Positions 25,501 to 37,365 of a DNA stretch of 64,000 nt are shown here, one piece after another (the first letter of the stretch is position 1; each line of letters starts with the position of its first letter). The stretch lies in the NCBI GenBank assembly GCA_051362555.1, contig CM120649.1, forward strand, positions 1,240,001 to 1,304,000. Reading direction: 5' to 3'. The notes under the pieces were generated by a model. It was not told where the DNA came from. It saw only the letters and a list, made by a program, of their open reading frames with translations, and ran no database searches. The position numbers were made by a program, and so were the translations under genes. The DNA comes from Lingula anatina (taxonomy: Eukaryota > Animalia > Brachiopoda).

Positions 25501-26566
25501 TATATACATGTACATTTATTTACCACATAAGTGTACATGTATAATCGTTTTGACTCTTCTTAGTTTTGTACAGTCTTCCACTGAGCATGAGACTCAGTCA
25601 ATTGCAAATGTCGAGCTTTTGGGTAACTTGATAATATTGTGTAAATCATTCGAATCTATTGTATTTACGACTGCTGTTTATTTATCTTTTATTTTTTATT
25701 CCAGTGCTAATCTCTCCGCCGCTCCCTACGTCGCCGGCCCAAGCTGTTCTCTGTGCTCGCCAAATCACTGTTCAGAGAATCTCTGTGTGACGTCACCGGA
25801 AGCGCAAGGACTGACGTCCTCAAATTCCTCGACGACGCAGTCGCCATCTGGCGGGGGAGACAACAACCCCTTGCCCATTAGCGGTGCGGCACTTTTTGGA
25901 ATCATCCTAGCTTGTTTAATCGTCTTCCTAGCCGTCCCGGGCATCGTGCTGTATTGTTTCTGTCTTTGCAAAAATAAAAATAAAGTCGATCCCGATGAAG
26001 AGGAGGGGGAGGAAGAGGAAGAGGGAGACGACGGGAAAGGAGATGACAATTTTAAAAGCGTGGTTTCTGACAGTATGAACGATAGTGAAGTCTCGCTCAC
26101 TCAGACCGTAAGTAGCAGTGCATCGAGACCTATGAGCAGTACTCGAGCGCTGTATAAAAAACAAATCAGTGTGAACGAATCTCTGGAAAACGGTCGCATG
26201 TCAAGAATGTCCCACAATGGCGACGTCTTATCAAACGGGGAACCATATTCAGTTAAAGCTGGCCTAAAAGAAACGACGAAGTGCATTACTTTAATCCATC
26301 GTAACGACAAGATCAAATTAGGCAGTTTCGACATGTTTGGTTTGACAGAAGGTAGTGATAAGCTACGGACGTTGGCCGTGGATTCGAATTTTCTGGAAAG
26401 CGAGCCCAACGGGCACTTGCCGCCGTTAAGAAACGCTAGGCATCTACCAGGAGGTCAGCTACCTCCTATAAGGGGAAACGTGCGGCGAGCAGCGGTGCAG
26501 AATAATAATGTGGAAAAACACGAGGAGATGAAGGAAGAAAAGGACGAAGAATCCATAACGGAATAA
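18732..26566 (+). CDS. Type-I transmembrane CAP/SCP (CRISP/GLIPR1/PI16-like) protein, 463 aa
   Basis: Exons: 18732-18798 (GCCATG, signal peptide MTRWKYDIFCVIFAGITASVTT), 24281-24414 (ILNLHNQFR...AAHMQYM), 24672-24905 (TWSQQLADAAQIWA...WFIE...CDNYVQ), 25265-25359 (LVWDEASSVGCG...FFVCYY), 25705-26566 (PYVAGPSCSLC...CSENLC hinge, S/T linker, TM ALFGIILACLIVFLAVPGIVLY, acidic tail). Total 1392 nt; phases consistent. Confidence 0.88.
18800..18976. repeat. (TAG)n and (CA)n microsatellites
   Basis: Directly visible just after the signal-peptide exon donor. Confidence 0.9.
20834..21007. mobile_element. MITE with subterminal tandem repeats and a 9-bp TSD (Mutator/MULE-like)
   Basis: CTCTCTATC flanks both sides (20825-20833 and 21008-21016). 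TIRs GGGGGCGTCTCGATAGTCCGAAGG / GGGGCCGTAGCAATAGTCCGAAGG. The GGTCCGAAGGTTCATT unit is repeated in opposite orientations at the two ends. Confidence 0.8.
22880..23043. mobile_element. MITE family A copy (GGTGTGACAGGAATG termini)
   Basis: TIR GGTGTGACAGGAATG ... CATTCCTGTCACACC with subterminal GGAATGGAAGTCC/GGACTAC repeats; relatives elsewhere in the window. Confidence 0.75.
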
Positions 26567-26963
26567 CATATATGAAAATATAAACTTTTTTTTTATTTCC
26601 AGTTTATTCCGATACAGTTTTTCCATAATTGTGATATTTGAAAAAAAATTAATTGCTCAAATAGCGGGGCACGATAACTTATTGTACGATAACTTATTGT
26701 CCTCGGATCAAAAACAACGAAAGTCAAAGAAGACGATGCTCTTTGGTTGAAAAGTTTGCAACATAAGGCTTGTTTTTTTTCTGCATGGTGGTTGCATAAA
26801 AGAAGCTAAGATGATGAAACGGTAGAATATACAATATACATGCAAATATCAAAATTGCCAATTATATAGCTAAAAATGTGTCTCTCAACTAAAATTTAAA
26901 GCCAATGAAAATACTCTGTAGAACGAGGCAAAGAGGACAGAACGCAATATCTTTTCATTTTAA

Positions 26964-27120
26964 GACCCCATTCCCAGAGATTAGATCGATCCAACTAGAT
27001 CGACCTAACTCCCTGGGGGTTGTAGTAGGCGGGACGGACATTTAAGCCGGATTATCTGACAGTAATCTAGTGAGACTTCCCACGGGGATAGATCGATCTA
27101 AAATCTATGGGAATGCGCCC
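26964..27120. mobile_element. PIF/Harbinger-like MITE with TAA target-site duplication
   Basis: TAA at 26961-26963 and 27121-27123. Left end GACCCCATTCCCAGAGATTAGATCGATC is an imperfect inverted match to the right end (reverse complement GGGCGCATTCCCATAGATTTTAGATCGATC). Confidence 0.65.
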
Positions 27121-27848
27121 TAACTTCCCGGTTCTTTTACTTAGATCATCTGTGATAATACGTCATGTGATAATGAGTGTGCATAAAAGAGGCAGATTGT
27201 AGTTTAAGATGATATCGATAAGAAAAAAACAAAACATATGATAAACTGAATTGTGGCGCTTTAATTACCCGTGGGACGGATTTTAACAGAAGTAAAAGAC
27301 ACTGGTTATCGAAACCATTATTTTGAAACTCACATAATCCAAAGATGCCCTTTTATCCATTCGATGTTACATAGTCATGTCTAGTTAGGGATGCGTTTTA
27401 GGCACATATTCATTCAACTGGTTCAGTGCTTTTTTGTCACTCTTCATTTGTTCGTTGGTGGTATCTGTATATGTCACTAGTTTTATAAGACTGTATGCTA
27501 TCTGACAATCAAGACAGACATCTCATATATATGTACATCACGGCAAAAGTCCATTAGAAAAGTATTGTGTGTAATATAAACGGTTTGTAGCACACACATT
27601 TAATCACATTGAGTTTTTCAACCTGAAATCTTGTTCTCGCGAGATTGGTTATTGAAATTTAATTCTCGCAAGAACGAGAACTGGAAGAAAAGACACCATG
27701 GCGCTGAGTTTTCCCGCATATTTGTGGATGTTAGCACAGTAGTCTATACTTTACATCCCAGGTTATATGTTCACGTTCACGTTCACGTTAAATAAATGAT
27801 CCATGCAACTGTTATATATTTGTGTATATCAACTATTCATTTAATAAT

Positions 27849-30800
27849 TCAATTTTCAATTTATTTCTGTACTGGTACATAGATTGTCATGACCTTGTAC
27901 AATATGATATACAAATGATGATACAATACAGTTAGTGCATTACCATCTTTATATAATGAAGATAAGTACTAGTAAAATCACTCATAGAATATTCTATCTA
28001 AGCAATGAGATAAACCTTGGTGTGATTATAAATTTAACATAAACATAGTATAAACATGTTACACAAAAAGAATGTTTTTTTTTTAAAACTTAAAAACCAC
28101 CGTTACATAGCTGTTTACATGGCTGTTCAAAGCCAGTTTGATGACATTGATAATTACGATTAATGACAATTACATAAGACAGATAAGTAAATAAGTTACA
28201 CAGATATAAATATTGTGCCATGTTCAGTCCCACTGCCGAGTCACTTCTCACAACAGTGGCACCATACACTGACATTTTAAGGGATATGCTAGGAGTTACC
28301 AAGCAGAGCAACCACTTCACTTCTTTTCTTGAATGATTTGATTATAAAGTTGGAGAGGGACACTAAAGTATCTTTGTTGGCACTGTTAAATACATGGCAT
28401 AATTGACTGTCTGGTGACCTTGAATCAGCTTTTAGGAATGAGGTTTTACTGAAAAAGGTGACTCGGTCTGTTTTGTACATTGGGCATTGGAATATAAAAT
28501 GGTATTCATCCTCAATTACCCCTTGTGTGCACAGGTGACAGATTCTGTCGCACCTTTCAGTTTTTGGCCTGGTGTGCCGCCCAGTTTCGATGTGGAGTTT
28601 ATGGTCACTCAGACGTAGTTTAGCAAGGGTTGACAAGGTGTCGTAATTTGTTATTTTATCAACATAAGTTGCCCTTTCACACTTTTGGTTAAGTATACGG
28701 AAGAGAGATAATTTACTGTTGGCTTGAAGTTTGCTGTTGCATATTTGGGTAAAGTGGTCAGTTTGTCTTTGTTTGAAAATTGTGGTGAAGTTTTTTGGAG
28801 GTGACTGGCTAAGCCACACATCACCAAGGCCAAATGTGAAAAGGATTTTTCGAATACCCTCAGACCATGACATACAAGCTGGTCTGAGTGTGTGGACTGC
28901 GGGTGGGACATAGGGTGTCAGCAACTTGTAACTATTTATCTCTTGTATGTACGCTTGTTTCATTAGTGTAGCATCAGACATTTGAATAATTTTACACCAT
29001 AGTTTGACAGATGCAAACTGTATTTTGGTATAGAGGGGAAGGCGGCCAAGTTCAGTGTATACACCATAGTTTGATACGTTTTGATGGAGGCCAAGGATTT
29101 GTTTGCAAAATTTTAAGTGCAACTTTTCTGTAGGGCAGTTATCCGTTGACACCGAGTAGCCCCATATCTCTGAGCAATATGTAAGGATTGGGGAAATGAG
29201 GGTATCAAATAATTTCTCTTTTAAGGATGTGTTAACATTACTCTGAAGTGGAAGAGACTTGGACAGACTGAAGAATGCCTTTGTAGCACGTTGTAGGAGA
29301 TTATTTTTGGTTTCTGTAAAGCTTCCTGATCGATTTAGAAGGAGACCTAGATACATGTATTTGTTGACCTCTTGGATTGGTTTTCCATACAGAAAAAATT
29401 TTTCACTGTGAGCTTTTGATTTTGAGTTGAAAATAACTATTTTAGTTTTGGTGACATTTACAGTCAGTCTCCACTTGTTACAGAAATTTTCTACTATTTC
29501 CAAACTTTGCCTTAGCCCATTGGGGGTCTTGGACATAAGGATGAGGTCATCAGCATAGAGTAAACCTTGTATTGGTATTCCATTTATATCTGGACTTGCA
29601 GCACTTTCGCCATCAATTGATCTTAGAAGGTCATCAATAAAAATATTAAAAAGAAACGGGCTCAATGTGTCACCTTGTTTTACACCTAGTGTTGTATTAA
29701 AGGCCGGGGATATACCACTACTTGTCTTAACACATGCTTGGGAGTTTTCATACATGCTTTTAATGTTTTTGTACATAAGTCCTCTTATTCCTAGAGTACT
29801 TAGTTTGAACAGTAGTCCGTTCCTCCAAACACTATCGAATGCTTTTGAAAAGTCAATGAAACATGTGTATAATTTTTTCTTTCCTTTCATAAATTTTGTA
29901 ATAATGGACTTAAATATAAAGATATTATCTGAAGTACCATGACCATGTTTAAACCCAGTTTGATGAGGTAGGGGTACCCCTTGTTGGTATGCGTGTGCTT
30001 GAATTCTGTTTAACAGGACCGAGTTGTACAGCTTTCCGAGGCAGCTTGTAATAGATATTCCCCTGTAGTTGTTAACATTTGATTCATCACCAGATTTGTG
30101 GATAGGGACTATATATGCCTTGTTCCATATTGATGGGTACTTAGCACTTTTGTATATGATATTGAACAATTTTACAATTACATCCATAAGATAATCCTTC
30201 CCTGATTTAATCATTTCGTTGGTTACCTTGTCTTCCCCTGTTGATTTGCCGTTTTTCAATTTTTTTATATTGCTCATGATCTCATCAGCACTAATGTCAT
30301 GGTCAAGTGCAGTTCTGTCTGGAGAATTCATTTCACTTTGCCTTAGTTTATTTTCTATTTTAAGCTTGAAGTCTTTATCAAAGTTGTGTTTACTTGATTC
30401 AGTTTCCTCACAAAGACTTTTAAAATACTCATAAAATTCACTTGGTTCAATAAATTCAGTTTGTGTAGACTCCATATTTAAATCTTTAACCGCTTTCCAG
30501 AAACATTTGGGATTTGCATTTTCCATGGATTGCAACTTTTGAAGTAGGCCTTTTTTATATTCTTTTTTTGCTTTCTTACATCCTCTCTTATAACGATTGA
30601 GTGTTTGGTAGTATGATGCATTGACTGAATTGTCAAAGGGTTTCTTGCTCCTAAGTTTTGCTAAGTTTTTTTAAGTGGGACCTCAGAGATTTTAAGTCAT
30701 TGCTGTACCATGTTGCCCTTTTCTTGTTTTTTCGAGGGTGGACTGAGGTGTATTTTCTTGATTTAAGAGCCTTTTCAGCTGCAGTTGTGAATATTTCATT

Positions 30801-31509
30801 TACTAAGGGTAATGCCTCTTCAGGGGAGAGAGCTTGTGACATAAAGTAATCAACTTTTTGTTTTGTTTCCATGTTACCCAGGGCCTCAACAAATTTAATA
30901 TGAGAATTATTTTCCCAAATGAATTTAGTTGGCTTTGGTATCAGCTGAATTGATTTTGTATGTTTGTTGTAAGTAGTTTTGCAGTACAGTTTAAGTTCAA
31001 GTAGGGCGTGGTCAGAAAATATTGACAGATCATTGACGTGAAAGTATGGGATGGTGCTGTACAAAGTGGCACTACAGATGACATAATCAACAACGCTGTT
31101 ACCAGCTGGTTGATAACAAGTATATTTGCCAAGTAGATCACCTAGTTTACGGCCATTTAAGATTCTTAAATTGCAATCTTTGCATAACTCTAGCAGCTTT
31201 CCACCAAATGCATTGGATTTTTGGGAGTCCATTGAGTTTCTAGGAGGGGGTGGGTTGTATGCATCACTGAGATAATGGGCCCCAGAAATTAAGGTTAAGT
31301 CTGTGCTGTCATCTGTGATAAAGTCTGAGTTAACTTTCGTTCTGGCATTGAAATCCCCTTGGATAATTATATCACAGTTAGCTGACACTGTTGTAAGTTC
31401 AGCTTTAAGTTTATCATATGGGTCTGCATTTTCATTGATCACAGAGTTGGGGGGACTTATGTAGACTGTGACAAGGATGACATCACGCCTAAACCCAAAG
31501 TAGAATTTG
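27849..31509 (-). mobile_element. 5'-truncated non-LTR retrotransposon (APE + RT + C-terminal CCHC; RTEX- or CR1/L2-like, clade unconfirmed)
   Basis: Partial APE endonuclease (IIIQGDFNAR, LRILNGR, SVVDYVI, SDH). RT motifs YRGISI, FIDFSKAFDSV, GVKQGDTLSP, YADD (29546-29557), YLG. C-terminal LRLSDHKLHIETGRH...CHLC...EDEYHFIFQC. 3' tail AATAAATTGAAAATTGA on the - strand. TAATAAT flanks both ends (27842-27848, 31510-31516). Confidence 0.92.
28289..31509 (-). pseudogene. LINE ORF2 (endonuclease-reverse transcriptase), one frameshift near 30652 and 5' truncation
   Basis: ORF-track entries 30651-31442 and 28289-30535 are in frames offset by 1. The downstream frame is open and plausible (SKKPFDNSVNASYYQTLNRYK) up to about 30650. 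Coding character stops abruptly at about 31509, inside the APE domain. Confidence 0.85.
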
Positions 31510-32082
31510 TAATAATGGGTGGTTCGTTTCTATACGGAATTTGTCGAATTTAAGTTTCCTAAAAGAAAAAAAAACATTAATTTATAGCTAGAAGTCTTCC
31601 TTAACTTTAATTATGATAAAAGTCTGAATTGACTGGGAAAAGATAGATACCTTTACAGGATATATAGACATTGGGGCATAACTCAAATAATTTTTGATAC
31701 CTTTAATGTCGTAGATAACGGGCTGCAAAGAGGCAGGTTGTATTGTGTTAGCTGTTCTTGGTTGAGGTGAAAGCATTGCGCACCATTCAGCGTCATTGTG
31801 CGGCTACGCAGTACATATACCGCAACTGTGCAGTCTATTACGTACTTTCGATACACTGCTTATATTTTAGGACCGAAAGATGCGATTTGTCAATTAATTT
31901 TATTGGGGTTGGGGGCCTTCTGAGATCTTTGAAATACAATTTTTCGGGATCTGTTAGCCTTTTCCTTTCTCCTATCCAATCAAAAATCTCTTTTCCCTTT
32001 TCTCTTCAGCCAGAGTCTAGAGTACTACAGGAGGATATACGTGACTTGCTGATGTGTACTGGATTTCTACAGCTTCCCCTAA

Positions 32083-32350
32083 CAGTGGCGGATTTAGAGG
32101 GAGGTGTCAGGGAGGTCCTGACCCCCTTTCGATTTCTGAAAAAAATCCCACCAATGGCCCCCTCTTAAAATTAGAATTTAGATGATCTGAATCATAGTTC
32201 TAAACCGTACCAATTGTACTGTTCGCCCTCTAAAATATCCAAAATATTCAGGCTCCTTCGCGCGGCCCCGCCCACGCCGAGGGGGGGGGGGGGGGAGTGA
32301 GAGTCGGCTTCACAGCCCCTCCCCTTTAGTTAATCCTGGATCCGCCCCTG
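32083..32350. mobile_element. Non-autonomous DNA transposon (CAGTGGCGGAT...ATCCGCCCCTG)
   Basis: TIR pair CAGTGGCGGATTTAG / CTGGATCCGCCCCTG; no clear TSD. Confidence 0.65.
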
Positions 32351-35300
32351 CCTGAGCAGTTTTCTTAACCTTTATCAGTCACTGACTTCGATATATCCTG
32401 AAAAACCAATACCTGTGCATACACAGAATGTACGTTTTTGACTGTTTATTTTATTAAAAATCAAACGTTAAATCAAGTAGTTAAGTTTATTGAAGCAATT
32501 TTAGTAAACGGATGTGTTTTTTACAAGGTGGCTGTGAAAAAGATCAATGGAAAGAACACATAATCACAAGTTCCCTTCATTTTGAAAAAGGCATTTGCCC
32601 AATAAATCAACAAATGGTTTTACCTCAAATAAGAGCGTCAAATAAATTTTGTCAGGAAAAAATTGACCAAATTGTATTTAATTATCAGGTAAGACTTTTG
32701 CTTTCTCAATTGTTTAAATCCGTTAAAAATAAAAAAAAAAACATATGTCATTAAGATTACGCGCCAGTTGATTGTTTTAATAGTGAACCGTCACCCGAAG
32801 AAAATAATCTTTAATTGTTGAAACTTATAAATAATGCAACGGGTTCAAATATAAAAAAAGACTGATCTAAAAACACACATTGTTTGTTATAGATTTATTT
32901 TATTTGTCGGATTTCATCCAGACACACCATCGATAGCGCAAATAGAGAGCCGTGACTTCATCAACGGTCCCATGTCAGTGTCCTTAAACCCCACGGCGAA
33001 TATCAATATCGGGGAAAAACGAAAATAAAAGAAAATAAAACATATTTTTGGTAGACCACCAAGAATCGATTACTAATATCAATAGCGGATATGGTGGGGG
33101 GGGGGGAGGGGGGGGGGGCAGAGGGGCAAAGTGCCCATCTTAATAAGCTTAGAAGGCATCCCATTTTCTCAACCCAACCGATGGAAAAATAAGGATTAGT
33201 ATAAGAATCAAAACCAGATAAAACCCAACATTTTTCCATCCCTGTGCCTCACAAATCTTACAGAATTGTTCCCGTCAGCTAATTTATATTTGTCGATTGA
33301 GGGAAAGAATAATAATCAAAATCATGGATCTCCAAGCGCATACATAACATACATTTAAAATATTAAAGTTGTCTTTATCAATGACTTAATGAACGCCCGC
33401 GGAATAATTGAGAAATAGCAGCTCATAAACCCTAATTTTATTTCTTTATCAATAATTATGAGAAATAATTATGAGACAGAATTTTGAAAATGTGGAATTC
33501 TATTTGTACTCATGGAACACTCCGATCATGCTTTTTTCAAAGACGCAGTAAATATAAAAAGCAGCCGTTGTTATCGGAAATTTTACGTCTAAGCAAAATC
33601 TATTTGACAAACTCCAAAGCCATAAACTGAAACAACAAACTCAATGAAACAACCGAGTTCGGTGTTCATTTTACATCATTAAAAAATCTAATCATGGAGG
33701 GAAATTTAATTCTTCAACAGCGTCAACTCAATTTTCATTAAAGAGAAAAGTTTAAAGTTTGGGGGCAAAAGGTGTAAGGCCAATTCAAAATAATAATAAT
33801 AGTAAACAAAAATGACAATGCTGCGTGAATACGGTATATATTGACGTAACTCTGATCGCGTTCATATTCAGTTTAAAGACACTTCAAGTGTACCCGTATC
33901 TTAATTCGCTCCTATTTTGAACGCACATCATTTTATTACGATGTCAACTAAGAAGGTTATACCCCAAACCTTTTCATTTTTATTTAATTAAAGCAACACA
34001 ATAAACGACTTAACCGCGGGCTGAATCGAACCTCATTCCCAAACAGCGCTTTAGAACCGTGAATAAATACCATTGTAATTATTCAGTGCCGCGACCTCAT
34101 ATGGCCCCACCTTAGACATTGTGATGTGACACGACAAAAAACAAGCTTAAGTGAAAGTTTTTTTGCATTGCTGTTTGCGTATGGATAACCCCCGGCAAAT
34201 GATGGTGTCGGGGGTGGGGGGGTGGAGTCACCCCCGGGGCGTCGGGGCACCTGGGCTAGGGAAAGTTAATGGAAGAGCTTAGGTGGGGATGGTGGAGTTG
34301 TTGGAAATAAGTGTCCAGAGTCGGGATTATTATTATTATTATTTTTTTTTTTTGGGGGGGGGGGGGGAGGATAAAACAATAAAAAACAAATAAAATGTCA
34401 ATATATTATTTATTGATTTTGTATGTAAAAACACCAGAGAGAAAGAAAAATCTATACTTTGTAGGGTACCCGGGTGGAGAATTACTCGGCTTTGAGTCGT
34501 TTTGCTCGTTTTAATCTTTATTTTTATGGGGGGGGGGGGGGGGGGGGGGGGAAAGACAGGGGGTGTCTTTTCAGCTAAGGGGTAGGGGCTGCATAATCTT
34601 GTTTTCAGCACACGCGCTGCTAAAATATTTTGGTACGATGTGCAGGGTGAATAAAGTACAGTTGCATGACTCTGTTAGCTCTGGTTTTTAATGTGTTTGT
34701 TAGGTAAACAGCGGATGTTTTAAACAAACAGCATTGCAACTGTAGTGCGTCCGTCCTGAAGATGATGTAGAATACCAGTATATTCTACCATATGTGTAAT
34801 TGTGATATAAACTGCATTTTCACTATACTGTTCACTAGTACATGGCCATTTATAGCTATTTTTTTCTGAAAACAAAACCTCATTCACCTAAAGTCCCCGA
34901 AAACACGATCGCGCATCGTGATTTTTGTGTGCGCAACACTGAATCCATCTTCTTTATCACGTGTTCAAAAGAAAGCCAATGACGTCACTGTCTTCGATAC
35001 TCACTATTTCTTGAAAAACATTCGGGAATCGATAAGGTCAACAGCAGGCGATCCATATCGAAAACACAATACACGATGGTGTTAAGGGGCCAGTGTTAAC
35101 ACGAACGCCTTGCCATAGTGCTGGCGTTTCCTTCCGCGTTTAAAAGCTGTTTACAAACGGAACATTTTGCATGCTTATGCTCGAGGACGACAGAACACTG
35201 AAGGCTGTAAAGAGGAGACGTGACATTTCTTTCCTGGATATTGTAAATTACATTTAATGCAAGTGAGGAGGGTATACATCTATTTAACTGTGTTTGGGAT

Positions 35301-35634
35301 ATAAACGGAAGACTATTTCTACGAAGTTTAAGAAGACTTACTTTGCCCGGTGCCATTATTTCTTCCGCCTTGTATTTTTATTGCAAGTGATGATAACACG
35401 TATGTAGAGTATTCATATTGGAGAGAGGAATTCATTCTTGTCTTTCATTCTAGAGCAGTTTTATATTATTACGTCTTCAACGGAACACGCTCACCTGGAC
35501 TACGTTAATGGAACGTTCCTCTCTTTAATGCTATAAAGGATTACGTACGTTTTTTTTCAAGTTTCACTTTTTATCTTATTGCATATGGACAGACGATTTT
35601 CTTCGCCGAAGGATTATAATAAAAAGACGGAAAG

Positions 35635-37323
35635 ATGATTCTTAAGGTAAGTGATAAGATGATAATTAATGAGTAATTAATTATGATACTCTTTGGATGG
35701 AAATAAGGAGAAGATTAAACTTAGCTTGAAAACAATGCAAATAGATAGTTGGCGATTTTTGACACATCGTCATTAGGAACGACATATGATGTATTGTTGA
35801 AAACCAAGGTGCGTGGTACAGAAACTTTCACATATTCTTTATTTGCAATTAATAAGGCAAGAATTTGATTCATGGACCAAACAGTCGGATTCCAATTTAT
35901 TTTATCATGATACGCTTAGTTTGATTAAAGACTTTTTAGTTCAGTGAGTTATAACGACTTAACACTACGTCTTTACTAACAGCATATTCAAACCAAATAA
36001 TTCTAATTTTCCATCCCTGTGTAAGTTGTAAATACACTCAATCAGTTGTAGGCATATAGGCATTGGACATAAGCCACACATACAATGTACCCCGTGTGTA
36101 CATACATGTAGAATGACAAATAATCATTACTATAAATCCATATATCGTCTCTTATGACATTAGCCAAATAATTTGCCTAATTGGATAATTAGCTAATAGG
36201 ATGACGTTTCCTAGGTATTAGTGATTGCGATGTTCCTTATATCGTTTACGTTAGGCAGTAATTTTAATTACTTGTTCAGCGTTGTCTATAAATATCATCA
36301 TTGAATTCGGGGTCTTAAAATTAATGTCATTTGGTAAGGGATATAACAATTTATTGTCATTTATATGTCATGTGTCCATGTTGGGATGAATTTTTATACT
36401 TTTGTCAATTTTTTTTTTTGAGAAAACGTGGTGTTTAAATGTTGTCCGATAATTTGGGAATCTGAAATATTTTTTCCAATATTTACAATATAATCGAAGG
36501 TACATGTATGGCCGGGTAAATTTATAAAATTTATATCAAATTATAGGGTCTCCATATTGATTTAAATATTGAAATTAAACTGATAAAAACTCCGCCAAGA
36601 GACGATTGGCGACGTGAGTGTTTATCGCGAGCAAGAAGGACCATAATTGAATTCACCGTCGCCAAACATTGACATCTGAACGTGTTCAACTACTGTAGAT
36701 TTGGGGCGTGAACACAGAGTCATTCATCACACAAAAACTATCACTACTGATCTTCGATTTACGATGATCAGCAATCATAATTTACACGCTTTGTCGCCAA
36801 GCTCAGTTGAACTCAAATAAACAGTAAGGCCACGCACAAGATCACGCCAGTGGTCAACTCTGTCTCTCATGAATGAAGTAAAATGGAGGACAGGGGATGG
36901 GGGTAGGGAGGTTAGCATCGGAGATATGTTCCTGTCTTTGATTTGAGATAACCCTTCCCCCGCCCCTAAAAATCTCTATAGCAAGTGGAACGAGACAATA
37001 CAACTTTCCATCCATGCCCTAGCTTGTTTTTGTCCTTCTGTTCAATATTTACCGAGTGAAGCGAGGCTAAGTTTTATTGTGTGCCCCCCCCCCCCCCCCC
37101 CCCCCGCCTAGTGCAAATGATTCCGCTGTTTAGAATGTCACTTTAGTTGCCATCGGTGATCATTTAGTTGCCATCGCGATAGCAAAAATCGAGTAGTTTT
37201 TTTTTTATTTGAGACTAAAACTATTGTAGCAAAATTAAAGGCAAGAAAAAAGATTTGATGCACGAAAAAGTTTTAAATTAATAGGCTTTGTGCTACTTAG
37301 TGTTTGCAATGTGCGAAGAGCCG

Positions 37324-37365
<42 letters not shown>

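Noticed and set aside
25472-25704. Hydrophobic N-terminal extension of the 364-aa ORF
   Set aside because: Intronic. The phase-compatible acceptor is at 25704, and the ORF start is a non-ATG codon.
25765-26409. Antisense ORFs over the last CAP exon (likewise 43187-43492, 53567-53866 and 29667-30434)
   Set aside because: Shadow frames of real coding sequence with no independent features.
37141-37182. RFX X-box-like GTTGCCAT sites in polycystin intron 1
   Set aside because: Half-sites within a small local tandem duplication; the second half of the palindrome does not match well.
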